From an uncultured delta proteobacterium (GTDB taxonomy: Bacteria > Desulfobacterota > Desulfomonilia > Desulfomonilales > Desulfomonilaceae): DNA of 64,000 nt. The DNA lies in contig CAWBKB010000007.1 in the NCBI GenBank assembly GCA_963789265.1, positions 32,001 to 96,000 of the forward strand. The letters are read 5' to 3'. The translations under genes and the position numbers were made by a program. A model generated the notes under the pieces. It was not told the origin of the DNA, did not search any database, and saw only the letters and a list, made by a program, of their open reading frames with translations. Shown in pieces: positions 38,121 to 50,594 of the stretch; the stretch's first letter is position 1; each line of letters begins with the position of its first letter.

Positions 38121-40382
38121 ATGTTCGAAGGCCAACTGAAGGAAAACGGAACAATGCGCGCCACGTACAAATGCCTAAGAGTTCTGTCGGAAGTTTCCGG
38201 AATTGAAACCACTTACGCGGATATGTTCGGCAAGGTCCATCATACTGACCCCGAAACAGCGCGCAGGATCCTCGAAGCAAAAGGTATCTGCATCCCACCT
38301 GAACGACTGCGCCTGGACCCCCAGGTCCTCGTTGTGTCGGCAGATGACCTTCCTGACAGTTGCACGGTCTACTTCATTGGGAACATCGGAGAGGCCCAAG
38401 CGGCCTCTCCAATTGGCTCGGTGAGAATCTCAGACGCGAGGAGTGCGGTCCAAGGGACCGAACTAGCCATCGGTTCCGGCAATGTGCGGCTGAGCTTTGA
38501 CCCCGAGACCGGTCTTCTCGGCATAGCGATACCGTTTCCACGAGAACTGGCTATTGGAACACATCATATCCGAGTCGAAGCCATTGTGGCGGACAATGTG
38601 ATGACTGCTTCTTGCCTGTGGATTGTATGCCCTTCCAAAGCATACATTCCGCCTGCCCTTGAAAGAGGCGAGAAGGTTGCCGGTATCGCTGTGGCGCTTT
38701 ACGGTGTTCGGTCTGAAACTAATTGGGGGATAGGAGATTTTTCCGACCTGGCGAAAATCATTGATTGGGCTGCCAACGATTTGTCCGCCGATGTTGTCGG
38801 AATCAACCCTCTGCACGCGCTCTTTAATAGGAGGCCGTACAATAGCAGCCCTTACCTTCCATCCAGCCGCCTATTCCGCAACTTCATCTACCTGGATGTT
38901 CCCGGCATTGCAGATTTTTGCGACTCTTTAGCCGCACGATCCTTGGTGGAGTCTTCAGAGGTCCGTCACAAGATCCGGGAACTGCGCGACGACAAACACG
39001 TGAACTACGAAGAGGTCTCCTCGCTTAAGCTTCGCGTGCTCAGGCAAGTCTTCACCGACTTTATGAAGAATCATGGCGGCGCCGGCCGCCAGAGCTCGAG
39101 ATGGCACGATTTTCAAAGCTGTGTGGCTTCTGAGGGAATATATTTGGAGCGCTTTGCCACATTTTGCGCCCTTGACGAACACTTCCGCAGCGTCATCCCA
39201 ATACTGCAAAACTGGAGGGAGTGGCCGGAAGAATTCCATGACCCCTCGTCCGAGGAGGTTAGAAAATTTCAAAAAGAAAAAAGGGAAGAGATCCTTTTTT
39301 GGATGTACCTTCAGTGGCAGATAAACGTACAACTGAGGCAAGTTCAGGAACACGCGACCAAGAGTGGGATGATCATCGGCTTATACAACGACGAAGCCCT
39401 CGCTGTGGATCGCAACGGCTCGGATTTCTGGAGTTGGCGGGAGTTCTTCCATGAGGGCTTCAGAGTTGGCGCGCCGCCCGACGAGTTTGCCCCGGACGGG
39501 CAGGATTGGGGATTCCCGCCACCGAACCGAGAAAGGCTGCGAGCCTCGGGATACGAGCTTTTCCTGAAAAAATTGGAGTCGAATTGCAAACACGGTGGTG
39601 CTCTGCGGATTGACCACGTGATGCAGATCCGCCACCTATTTTGGATCCCCGCGGGGCTTAGGCCGGTGGATGGTGTCTATGTGCAGGATTACGAAAGTGA
39701 CCTCTTGAACCTGATGGCGTTGGAAAGCCAAAGCAGCCGCACACTCATTGTTGGCGAGGACCTTGGAACTGTTCCTTTCAACTTTAGAGAACGAGTCATG
39801 GCGAAAAGAATTTTCTCGAGCAGACTCCTCTATTTCGAGCGAGATGGTGAAGGGAATCTGCTCCCCGGTCATGTTTACCCGGAAGGTGCTCTGGTTTCCA
39901 TCGCCACTCACGATCTACCGACTCTGGCCGGATTTTGGAGTGGCCGCGACATCGATCTTCGTAGGCAATCGGGATTGCTTGACGCTCTGTCGGAGAGCAA
40001 ATTCAGACAAGATCGTACCCGGCATAAGGCCAAGATATTGGAGAGGCTGGTTCAGGACGGTTTTCTCACTCACGAAGACGCGCAACTCGCGAGGGAATCA
40101 CCTGTTCCCACGGATAAGCTTCATTCGGCGGTCATGAATTTCCTGCTGGCCACACCTTCCAGGCTGGTAGTCATAAGCCAGGAGGACGTTTTCTTGGACG
40201 ACCGTCAGCAAAATCTGCCGGGCACCACTTGGCAAAACCCCAACTGGGTGACCAAGATGCTTTATTCAGTTGAGGAATTGAGGAGTAATCCCGAGGCAAA
40301 GCGGCTGGCAGAGAAATTTAAGGAGTCCGTGGAAAGATCGGGCAGGTCTCATCGTCACGAGAGATGCTGTAAATATAGTTGA
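38121..40382 (+). CDS. malQ: 4-alpha-glucanotransferase (GH77)
   Basis: WGIGDF, SPYLPSSR, GAPPD, LRIDH, GEDLG, THDLPT. Confidence 0.95.
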   Translation: MFEGQLKENGTMRATYKCLRVLSEVSGIETTYADMFGKVHHTDPETARRILEAKGICIPPERLRLDPQVLVVSADDLPDSCTVYFIGNIGEAQAASPIGSVRISDARSAVQGTELAIGSGNVRLSFDPETGLLGIAIPFPRELAIGTHHIRVEAIVADNVMTASCLWIVCPSKAYIPPALERGEKVAGIAVALYGVRSETNWGIGDFSDLAKIIDWAANDLSADVVGINPLHALFNRRPYNSSPYLPSSRLFRNFIYLDVPGIADFCDSLAARSLVESSEVRHKIRELRDDKHVNYEEVSSLKLRVLRQVFTDFMKNHGGAGRQSSRWHDFQSCVASEGIYLERFATFCALDEHFRSVIPILQNWREWPEEFHDPSSEEVRKFQKEKREEILFWMYLQWQINVQLRQVQEHATKSGMIIGLYNDEALAVDRNGSDFWSWREFFHEGFRVGAPPDEFAPDGQDWGFPPPNRERLRASGYELFLKKLESNCKHGGALRIDHVMQIRHLFWIPAGLRPVDGVYVQDYESDLLNLMALESQSSRTLIVGEDLGTVPFNFRERVMAKRIFSSRLLYFERDGEGNLLPGHVYPEGALVSIATHDLPTLAGFWSGRDIDLRRQSGLLDALSESKFRQDRTRHKAKILERLVQDGFLTHEDAQLARESPVPTDKLHSAVMNFLLATPSRLVVISQEDVFLDDRQQNLPGTTWQNPNWVTKMLYSVEELRSNPEAKRLAEKFKESVERSGRSHRHERCCKYS

Positions 40383-40545
40383 CACAAATTGTCACTATAT
40401 TTACACCTCTATCCTCTGCGAAATTAGCTCGTTAGCAACCCGATCAGTCTGAATTGACCTTTTACGTCTCTGAGCGCGGGATTCGAGAGAATTCCGTATC
40501 CTCCTAAACGGGCTCAGATCGTTATCCGGGGTAATTCAGCTTGTC

Positions 40546-40561
40546 TGGTACACTTGTTGCT
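40546..40561 (+). promoter_or_regulatory. Putative sigma54 promoter of the PAS-LuxR/STAND cluster
   Basis: TGGTAC-ACTTG-TTGCT about 60 bp upstream of the ATG at 40621. Confidence 0.65.
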
Positions 40562-40620
40562 GGCTGGTAACACGGAAGTCTATCCACCGGTGTCAGATTT
40601 TGCATGATTCAGGGGGGTGA

Positions 40621-41533
40621 ATGACATCGTTTCAGACGGGTCTGTTCACGGATGTTGCCGAGCAGATGGCTGAGGGAGTGGCCTTTGTCGACCTGAAAGG
40701 ACGTGTGCTGTTCTCGAATCGCTTCTTAGGCGTCATGCACGGTTTTACGGCTAAAGAACTCGTGGGCAAACATATTGCGGTTCTCTGTCCCATGGAAGGA
40801 CTGCTGAACCTGGCAGCAGCCAATGAGGAGACTCTGAGCGCGGGAGCATTCAGCGGAGAGCTTCTGCATCGCCGCAGAGACGGTAGCTCTTTTCCCGTCT
40901 ATTGCACAAGTTCGCTTTTCCGGGACGACCAGGGACGTGGGGTCGGCATTATTATGACCTTTCGGGACATTTCAGCTCTGAAGTTCTCAGAAAAGGTGGC
41001 AGACAGTTCTCGGCAAAAATCTTCCAAATATGTCGGCGTCCTGGAAAAGCAGCTTCGTGAGACCTCGGAACTGCTCGACGATTCGCAATCGGAACTGAAA
41101 GATTATACAACTCGGCTGGAGCAGGCCAATGAAGCCCTGAAGCTCTTCATAAGAGAAATAGAAGATCGGAATAAAGAAACGCGAAAGGGCTATTTATCGC
41201 AACCTCTGTACAAATGTTTTTGCAATCATCGATCAATTGAAGAGCGGGAGATTACCCGATGCTGTGCATCTCCGGTTGGACTCCCTCGAATTTAACCTCA
41301 AAAGCCTCTTCTCTCCTCCGCCGGATACTGCTCGACAAGAGGCGGGACTACTTACTCCTCAAGAAACTCGATTGTGTGATCTGATACGCGCTGGGCTGAC
41401 CTCTAAGGAAATAGCAGAGGTCATGGGAATTTCTCCCGCCACTGTGGTCGTTCATCGTGCTAACATAAGAAAAAAACTGGGACTGGTCGGGTCAGATGAT
41501 AATTTAGCGACCTATTTGCGTAAGAGGCTCTAA
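40621..41533 (+). CDS. PAS + coiled-coil + LuxR HTH regulator, one frameshift near 41188
   Basis: PAS domain (RRRDGSSFPV..FRDI) and LTPQE..GLTSKEIA..TVVVHRANIRKKLG in an overlapping frame. Confidence 0.88.
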
Positions 41534-41596
41534 CCTCGTCCCGGAGAGGCCTTGCCGCCAAGACTCCGTCTGGTCCCCCGGGGGGAGTGCGTAACT

Positions 41597-44500
41597 ATGA
41601 ATTCCCGTGATCGCAAAGCTGGGATCGTAGGATCGGAATGCACGAAAAACTGTGTGCGCGGTCGTCCCGAGCCTGCTGGGCAGCCTGAGCTTGAGGCCCC
41701 GGCCTGCAAAAGGCCCGAAGCAAGCGTCGATGCCGAGCCGTCTCACAACTCGATCAATAATATTCCGCACGCTGATCACGTTCCGAAATTCCTCGGAGAC
41801 AAAGTGCTTGCTTTGACCGATCCAGATGAAGGGCAACGCAAGCAAGTGACCATCCTTGTGGCAGATATTGCAGACTACTCCTCTCTTTCAAAAAATCTCA
41901 GTCCGGAAGAAGCATACGAGATCATAACTCGCTTCCTGGAGGTTCTCGAGGAACAGATCCGCTGTCATGGCGGGATTATGGCGCAGGTAAGCGAGGGAAC
42001 CGTAAAAGGCCTTTTCGGCGCACCGGCATCTGTTGAAGATCATGCAAAGAGGGCCTGCGAAGCAGCCTTAGCTATCCGCGAGTCGGTCGGTTCGCTTGCG
42101 AAAAAAGTTCGAAAAGAGAATTGCGTCGATCTGGGCATCCGAATCGGGCTTGTGTCGGATGTAATACTGACCGGCTCCGTTTCGGGCGGAGTCGAGCTGG
42201 ACTCAAGAGACCTGGACGACGCGGACGATCTGATTCCTGTGGTTCAGGGTCTTATGAAACCAGGCAAGATTGCGGCGGCGAGGAGCACATTTGACCTGGT
42301 AAGTGATTTCTTCGATTTTCAGCCGATAAAACAACACGAACGCGACGGTATTGAATTGGTTGTGGCTTATGAACTGCTGAAATCCAGGGAGCTTGCGAGC
42401 CCAATCCGGGCCAAGGAGTTAAAGGGCCTCAGCAAGTTTGTAGGCCGCGAACAAGAAATGTCGGTCCTCCTGGAAGCGGCGGAAAAAGCAAGACGAGGAC
42501 GCGGCCAGACGGTGGCGGTCACGGGAGATGCGGGAGTAGGGAAATCCAGGCTTGTTTTGGAATTGCAGAAACGCGTTCCGGAAGGGCAACAGATATTTCT
42601 TGAAGGCTACTGCCGCAATTATAATGCTGTTGGACCGTACGGGCGTGTCCTGGACATGCTGAGATCGATTTTCGACGTCCGGGCAGGGGAGAAGGAAAAT
42701 TCTGCCGGCAAGAAAATTAAGGATTGGCTGGCTCTTCATGTAGCCGGACACGATGAGATCGTTGCCCCGATGTATGAAATACTGGCTCTGAAGGTTGAAG
42801 ATGAGCGATACTCGCGTCTTCCCTATCAGCAAAAGAGAAGCAAGATTTTCCAGGCGGTTGAACGAGTGCTGGTTCAAACTAGCCGGCAAAAGCCGTTGAT
42901 AGCGATTGTGGAAGACCTCCATTGGATCGACCGGACTTCAGAGGAACTGTTGCGCCATTTGATCGGACGAATCAGCGATGCAAGGATCTTTCTCGTCATG
43001 CTCTATCGACCCGAGTACGCTGGTGCGTCACAGCTCGGTGCCGCTGTATCACAGGTTCACCTGGCTGAGCTGCCCGATGATCCCGCGAGAGAGCTTGCCG
43101 AATCCATCCTTGGCGGTGAGGCGGACGACAGCCTAATGAACGTAATTCGGAACCAAACTGCCGGTAATCCGCTATTCATAGAAGAACTCACCAAGGCATT
43201 CCTGGACAGCGGAGAAATTGAAATAGCTGACTACAGGTTTACCCTAATGCCCCATGCGCAAGCGCAATTGCTGCCGAAGACTATTCAGGGAGTCATCTCT
43301 GCGCGAATAGACCGCCTGGAGAAGGATGTCAAAACTACATTGCAGGTGGCATCTGTGATAGGGCGAGAAGTCCCTCTTCATCTGCTGGAGCGAATAACGG
43401 AATCAGGTGAGGATATCAGTTCTCACATTTCAAGGCTTCAGAAGCTTGAGTTCATTCATGGAGACAAAGACCGGCAGTTTGCGTTCAAGCACGCCCTCAC
43501 CCAAGAGGCGGCGTACACCAGCCTTTTGACACGGAGAAGGCTAAAAATTCACCATGAGACAGCTAAGGCCATAGAGAAACTTTATTCGGACAGGTTGGAA
43601 GAATTCTATGAGCAACTCGCCCATCATTTTGGCAAGAGCGGGAACTTACGAAAGGAGTTCAAGTACCTGAAACTCTCTGCACTCAAAGCAAGCCGACAGA
43701 AACTCGCACTGGGAGGCCTATCAATTCGGTAAACAGGCGCTACGCTGCCTGAAAAACCAGCCAGCGACTCTGCAAAACAAAAAGGAGGAAGTCGAAGTTC
43801 TGAAGATGATGAGCTGGCCCATGAGATCGTTGGATTATACTGGTGGAGGCACTGAACACCTCCTGAAACACGGGGAAGAGCTTTGTCTCGAAATAGGGGA
43901 TGCCAACAACTTGTCTTTTTTCAGAAACCGAGCTCTGCGTGTACTATGCCGTCACAGGCGACTCGATGTCGCTCCAACAATATTCAGGGCATGTATTTCA
44001 GGACATCCGGGTTTTGGGGTGCTCCTTGTCGACAAAGGAACATCTGAAAATCATGATTCCTCTATTCGTGAATCATTCTCTGTTAGGTCTCATGGGTGAC
44101 CGTGTCTCAGAGGTTCTTTCCGTGAACCTCAGTGTCCTCAAATATATGGAAGAGGCGCATGCGCTCTTTGACGCTTGGGACATGCCGTTCAATGCGTATT
44201 CATTCCTTGCCGCCACGTCCGCCTATTTTTTGAGTTGGCTCGGAGATTTTGACAATGCCACTAGGTTGTCTCGCAAAGCGCTTGATGTGGCCCTGAAGGT
44301 GAATGATCCCCTTTCTATGGGCATTGCAGAATTCTCTCATGGCCATGTGCATAATAATAGAGGCTTAGGCAAAGAGGCAATAGAGCACTACACAAGAGCA
44401 ATCGAACATTTGGAAAAGGTGAAAGGCGGCTCAGCCGGGGACACGTCGTTAGGAAATGCTTGGCAGGGACTAGGTATCGCCAAGTTCCTGGTGGGAGATG

Positions 44501-44970
44501 CGGATGGGGCTCGTGGTTGTATCGAACGGTCGATCCAGATGCATCTTGATTCCGGAGTCGTGATCGAGCTCCCCCACGATTATGCGTACTTGAGCATGGC
44601 ACATTTGGCCACAGGCGACGTGGCGAAAGCCCGTAATTTTATCGATACCGCCTTGGATTGGGCTCGGAAGTGCAACCAAAAACATTGGGAAGGCCTGGCG
44701 AAGATATTTTTTGGCAAGATAATGTCCCAGAGCGAAGCTCTCCAAGCAGCCAGGGCTGAGGCGTCAATCTTGGAAGGGATTGAAATTCTGTCGCAATTAG
44801 GCATGAAGCCATATTGTGCCCAAGGCTATTTCTATCTGGGGGAGCTTCGAGTTACTACCAGCAAATCACAACTCGGTACGAAAAACCTGAAAAAAGCCGA
44901 AAGAATGTTCAAAGAAATGGGAATGGAATACTGGCTGGATAAGACGCAGAAAGTTCTTGGCCGCATTTAG
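41597..44970 (+). CDS. Degenerate class III cyclase + AAA/STAND ATPase + TPR protein, copy 1 (frameshifts near 43700 and 43925)
   Basis: VTILVADI, LFGAP, FVGREQE, GDAGVGKS, EDLHWID, GNPLFIEE, FAFKHAL; joins ORFs 41552, 43806 and 43900. Confidence 0.88.
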
Positions 44971-44991
44971 CGGCATGTTCGCTGGGGGATC

Positions 44992-47900
44992 ATGAAACCG
45001 CAAAAAAACAACCCGGGGAAACGTGAGAGCAAGAGAGAGAAGGCACATCGTCATGGATTGCCGGATCGCGGCTCCGCGATCAAAGAAAGCTTCCCAGGCC
45101 CCGCACTGGAATTTTTGGGAGACAAAGTCCTTGCACTCAGGAATGCGGAAGTGGATGAGCTGAAGTACGTGACCATTCTTGTTGCGGACATTCCTGATAG
45201 TTCGTCTCTCTCGCGCAAGCTAGCGCCAGAAGAAGCGTACGGTCTCATGGTCCGCTGCCTCGCTATCCTTGAGGAACAGATCCGCCATTATGGCGGGACC
45301 GTCGCGCAGGTCACCGGAGGAGTGGTCAACGGCCTGTTCGGAGCGCCGATGTCGCACGAGGACCATGCAAGAAGAGCCTGTGATGCAGCCTTGTCCATCT
45401 TGAAAAAAATCGACTTGTCCAGGCAAAAACTTCGCGAAGAGTTTAATGCCGATTTTCACATACGAATCGGATTGGTCTCGGGTGCGATCTTGACAAGCTC
45501 CTCAAAAGCGGGCGCCGGGCTGGAATATGAAGATTTGGAAGACGCGGATGATCTAATTTCTCCGCTTCAGGCGATCACACAGCCGGGAAAGGCCTTGGTG
45601 GCGAAAAGCACATACGATTTAACGAGTGACTTCTTTGAATTCAGGCCCGTGGAAACGAGCAGACCGGAAGGTCTCAAACCAGTTGATGCGTACGAACTCG
45701 TGAAGCCTCGCGAGCTTCCCAGCCCAATGCGAGCCAAAGAGATGAAGTGGCTCAGCAAATTTGTAGGCCGCGAACAAGAAATGTCGATCCTGCTGGAAGC
45801 GGCGGAAAGAGCAAGACGAGGACGCGGCCAGGCGGTGGCGGTCACGGGAGATGCTGGAGTTGGGAAATCCAGGCTTGTTTGGGAATTGAAGAGACGCCTC
45901 CCCGAAGGCGAACAGACATTTCTTGAAGGCTACGGCCGCAATTATGATGGTGTTGCACCGTATGGCCCCGTCCTGGACATGCTGAGATCGATTTTCGACA
46001 TCAAGGCAGGGGAAAAGGAAAGTTCTGCCAGCAAGAAAATTAAGGAGTGGCTGGCTCTTCAAGTAGCCGGACACGATGAGATCGTTGCCCCAATCTATGA
46101 GATACTGGCTTTGAAGGTTGAAGATGCGCAATACATGGAGCTTCCGTTTCAGCAAAAGAGAAACCGGATTTTCGAGGCGATTGAGACGGTCTTGGTCGAA
46201 GCAAGCCGGGAGAAGATGTTGGCGGTGATACTGGAAGATCTTCACTGGATCGACCGATCTTCAGAGGAAGTCTTAAATTATTTGATCCCAAGAATCGAGG
46301 GGGCCAAGATACTCCTGATCCTGCTGTACCGCCCCGAATACGCCGGCGCATCCAGCTTAGGCATCTCGTCCGAAGAAGTCCATTTGGGTCATATATCGTG
46401 CGAACACGTGAAGGAACTTGTGTCATCCGTCCTCGGCGGTCCGCAGATCGACGATGCTCTCATAAGATTGATTCAGGAAAAGACCGGCGGGAATCCGCTG
46501 TTCGTGGAGGAATTCACGCGGTCTCTGTCCGACGTCGGGGCTATTCAAAGATCCGGTGGGAAATTTGTCCTCGCACAGGACGCGTCAGCAGAAATGCTGC
46601 CCAAAACCATTCAGGCGCTCATCGCGGCACGAATGGACCGTCTCGATAAGGATGTCAAGGCAACATTGCAGGTTGCGTCCGTGATAGGCACTGGGTTTCC
46701 CATGGACTTGCTGCAACTTGTAACGAAAACCGGCGACGTATTGAAATCACACATAGCGAAGCTTCAAAAGCTTGAATTCATGCGCGAAGTACAGGCATCT
46801 CCTGAACGACAGTTTGCGTTCAAGCATGTCCTCACTCAAGAAGCCGCGTACGGGAGCCTCACGGCACGGAGAAAGCTGAGATTCCATCAAAGGACGGGTG
46901 AGGCTATAGAAGAGCTTTACTCGAACAGGCTGGAAGAATTTTACGAACAGCTTGCCCATCATTTTGGCAAGAGCGCGGATTTACAGAAACAGTTCAAATA
47001 CTTAAAACTGGCTGCAATCAAAGCAAGGCGACAGAATTCTCCCTGGGAGTCTTATCAATTCGGTAAGCAAGCGCTTCGCTGCTCGCAAGCGCAGCCGGCG
47101 ACTCAGCAAAACAAAAAGGAGGAAGTGGAAGTTTCTGAGGGTGATGACCTGGCCCATGAGAATGTTGGATTATACTCGTGGAGACTCTGAACAGCTCCTA
47201 AAACGCGGGGAAGAGCTTTGTCTCGAACTAGGGGATGCCAACGACCTGTCTTTTTTCAGGGCTGAGCTCTGCGTGTACTATGCCGTCACAGGCGACCCGA
47301 TGTCGCTCCAGCAATATTCAGGGCATGTATTTCAGGACATCCGGGCTTTGGAATGCGTCTTGTCGACAAAGGAACATCTGAAAATCATGATTCCTATGTT
47401 CGTGAATCATTCTCTGTTAGGTCTCATGGGTGACCATGTCTCAGAGGTCCTTTCCGTGAACCTCCGTGTCCTCAAATTTATGGAAGAAGCGCGTGCGCTC
47501 TTTGACGATTATGGCATGCCTTTCAACGTATATTCGTTTCTGGCAGCCATGTCCGCCTATTTTTCAACTTGGCTCGGAGATTTTGACAGTGCCGCGAGGT
47601 TGTCTCGAAAAGCGCTTGATGTCGCCCTGGAGACGAATGATCCTCTTTCTTTGGGCTTTGCAGAATTCTGTCACGGCCTTGTGCTCAATAATAGAGGCTT
47701 CGGCGAAGAGGCAATAGAGGTACTGCACAAGAGCAATCGAACATCTGGAAAAGTTGAAACGCGGCTCAGCCCCGGACACGACGTTGGGAAATGCTTGGCT
47801 GGGACTAGGTATCGCCCGCTTGCTGGTGGGAGATGCGGATGAGGCTCGTGGTTGTATCGAACGCTCGATCCAGATGCATATTGATTCCGGATTCGTACCC

Positions 47901-48320
47901 CAGTTCGCCCACGATTATGCATACTTGAGCATGGCACACTTGGTCACGGGCGACGTGGCGAAAGCCCGTGATTGTGTCGATTCCGCTTTAGACTGGGCTC
48001 GGAAGTGCAACGAGCGACATTGGGAAGGCCTGGCAAAGATATTTCTTGGCAAGATAATGTCCCAGAGCGAAGCCCTGCGGGCAGCCCAGGCTGAAGCGTC
48101 GATCGTGGAAGGGATTGAGATCCTGTCGAAATTAGGCATGAAGCCATATTGTGCCCAAGGCTATTTCTATCTGGGGGAGCTTCGAGTTAGTACCGGCAAG
48201 TCACAACTCGGTACGAAAAACCTGAAAAAAGCCGAAAGAATGTTCAAAGAAATGGGAATGGAATACTGGCTGCGCAAGACGCAGGAAGTCCTGGACCGTT
48301 TTGAAAAGTTGCCCCGATAA
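44992..48320 (+). CDS. Degenerate class III cyclase + AAA/STAND ATPase + TPR protein, copy 2 (frameshifts near 47133 and 47720)
   Basis: Same architecture as copy 1; joins ORFs 44992, 47141 and 47754. Confidence 0.88.
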
Positions 48321-48621
48321 CCCTTTTGTAATCCTTGAACTCTGAGAATCGACCAGTCGGACGTTGACGATCTCGCCTCATTGGGTATTCTGTATACCCA
48401 TTCCATAGATGAAATATAGGCATTTACCCTACTAAACCGTAAGGTATTCTGTATTTACATGAATCCCATGGCGCGCTCCACCTTCTTCAGAAGAAATGAG
48501 CAGCCATAGCGCTCGCAACTAAACCGATTGATTCTCCAACCAGTTAGTTGAACAGCGGGGCACAAGGAGCCCAAAGGACGACTTCTCCGCTTCGTAAATC
48601 GCAAATGTACCATGAGGGAGG

Positions 48622-49059
48622 ATGACCATGAGTACGGAAACAGCAGGTCCAAGAAAAGCGCCATTTGTGTTTTCGATTTGTGTGCTGATCGTCCTACTGG
48701 CCAGTCTGAGCGGCCTGGTTCTCAACCCCGAGAGTCAATCACGCAGGCTCGTTCGAGACCTCAATAGTCCATCACGTGCCCGAAGGATCTGGGCAGTTCA
48801 GACTTTGGGGGCCCTCAAGGATCGTTCAGCAGTAGAAGCCCTTAGTGCCAAGTTGGAAGACCAAGATCCCATCATGCGGAGATGTGCTGCATGGGCTCTA
48901 GGGCAGATAAATGATCCTCGATCTGTGAAGATCCTCACCTCCGCGGTGAAACACTGGGACCATAATGTCAGAAAGGAAGCAGCCGCGTCTCTTTCCAAGT
49001 GGATCAATCGTCAAGGATTGCTCACAGGGCAGAGCGCTTCATGCCTTCAGTCCCGGTGA
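48622..49059 (+). CDS. HEAT-repeat protein with N-terminal TM/signal segment
   Basis: RIWAVQTLG, RRCAAWALG, RKEAAASL repeats; GGGAGG RBS. Confidence 0.8.
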   Translation: MTMSTETAGPRKAPFVFSICVLIVLLASLSGLVLNPESQSRRLVRDLNSPSRARRIWAVQTLGALKDRSAVEALSAKLEDQDPIMRRCAAWALGQINDPRSVKILTSAVKHWDHNVRKEAAASLSKWINRQGLLTGQSASCLQSR

Positions 49060-49797
49060 GCAAAGCAAAACGCCTATCAGTGAAATTGGGTATAGGCATA
49101 AATCTCCTGATTACTGCGTATTCTGAATTTGCGTGAATCCCACGCGGCCACTGCTGGCCACTGCTGCCAAAAGCATACCAGAGCAGGAGGCGAATTGATC
49201 GCAGATTCCGCTAGAAGGTCGCCGCAGGAGCCTCAGCCAGGAACCCTTACGAGAGGTCGCTTTTACAGGCAATCAGAAATTTTGGAATGAAGGAATTATA
49301 GAAAAACGGAATGTGTTGCGCTCGCAGCCGAGAGGAGTCTGCAACTCAGTCTTTCGCACAGAGGCAGTGGCGCTTCCTCCGACCAACCGTAAGCTTCCCC
49401 TGCGCACAGCGGAGTGACCCGATCCAAATCACAACAGAGCCAGAAACCTGTGCCACAGATTTGGGACGCCCCGCTAACATCTGGAAACAACACAACTTTT
49501 GCCCATGCACTGTGGAAGATAGGTTGGGCCTATCCTTTTGCTCCAGCCAACCGCGCTCTGAAAAACTTTTTAATAGCGGATTAATAGCGGAAATCGCAGT
49601 GCTCCAATCTTTTGGATCCACACGACTGGGTATTTTTCATACCCAATTCATAAATGGAATATAGGCGTTTACCTTCCAATGCAATCATCTATTCTGGATT
49701 CGAGTTCGAAAGGGCCAAGCCGCAGAGTGAAAGTTCCGTCACGAACAGATCGAGTTCAAGCCCAGGGCTGACTCGGCCGATGCAAAGGAGCCAGACA

Positions 49798-50094
49798 ATG
49801 ACAACAGAAGTGTCATCCGAAAAAGGGATTGCCCAGTCGATGGGAGCTATTGTGGTGATCACGTGGGTGCTGATCCTTGGCCCGATTGGCGGTTTACTAC
49901 TCGGAGCAGTAGCTTATTCGATGCATGCAAGAAACCTGATTGTAGGGGCTCTTTATGGCGCGCTGCTCTTCTTGCCTCTTTTACTGACCGTGGTCTGGGG
50001 GATTGAGACGTGGCTGCAGGTCCGCCGTACAAACCGGGTCCAAAGAAGAGCGCTGGTTTTGACAACCGAGCCGATTGACTCTCCAACTCGTTAA
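49798..50094 (+). CDS. Small two-TM membrane protein
   Basis: AAAGGAG RBS; two hydrophobic helices. Confidence 0.6.
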   Translation: MTTEVSSEKGIAQSMGAIVVITWVLILGPIGGLLLGAVAYSMHARNLIVGALYGALLFLPLLLTVVWGIETWLQVRRTNRVQRRALVLTTEPIDSPTR

Positions 50095-50119
50095 TTTGAT
50101 GGCGGGGGGAGGATTGGAG

Positions 50120-50563
50120 ATGCAGGCAGGGATTAAGATATTCGTAATCTTTCCGTTGTTTGGCACGATTATGGGATTGGCATGGTTGTACCAGCCTCAA
50201 GCAGAACAGCCCGTCTCAGTGTTATTAAGAACTCATGCAAACGCGATAGGCAGGCATGAAAAGGCAAATATATTCTTGAAAGCCTCTTTCAACGGAAGGG
50301 CTGTGGGGCATGGAGAGGTGAGAATGCACATCTCCCCGGCACGTACTGCGGTTCTTGGATCTCCGGTGCGTTATATCCGACGCGTCCACGGTTACACTGA
50401 TGCTCAAGGAGTGTTCATTCCCAACTGGGTCCCCCGTACAGTCGGCGAATACATCGTTACAGCGACAGTAACGAAGTCGGGATATGGTGCGGGGAAGTCG
50501 GTTTGCTTTCTAAGAGTTGAAGAACGATCCTCCGCGGAACGGACAGGACCTCCACCAGATTAG
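50120..50563 (+). CDS. Exported Ig-like/beta-sandwich protein
   Basis: GGAGG RBS, signal peptide, GYTDAQG and GEYIVTATVTKSGY. Confidence 0.6.
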   Translation: MQAGIKIFVIFPLFGTIMGLAWLYQPQAEQPVSVLLRTHANAIGRHEKANIFLKASFNGRAVGHGEVRMHISPARTAVLGSPVRYIRRVHGYTDAQGVFIPNWVPRTVGEYIVTATVTKSGYGAGKSVCFLRVEERSSAERTGPPPD

Positions 50564-50594
50564 AACCGAAAAAAGAACGGCCTTTGCGATCACA

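Noticed and set aside
41597..48320. Programmed frameshifting or true pseudogenes in the STAND pair
   Set aside because: The shifts are at different positions in the two copies, lack slippery heptamers, and match the window-wide +1 error pattern
41597..48320. Diversity-generating retroelement template/variable repeat pair
   Set aside because: Differences between the copies are not adenine-specific and no reverse transcriptase is present
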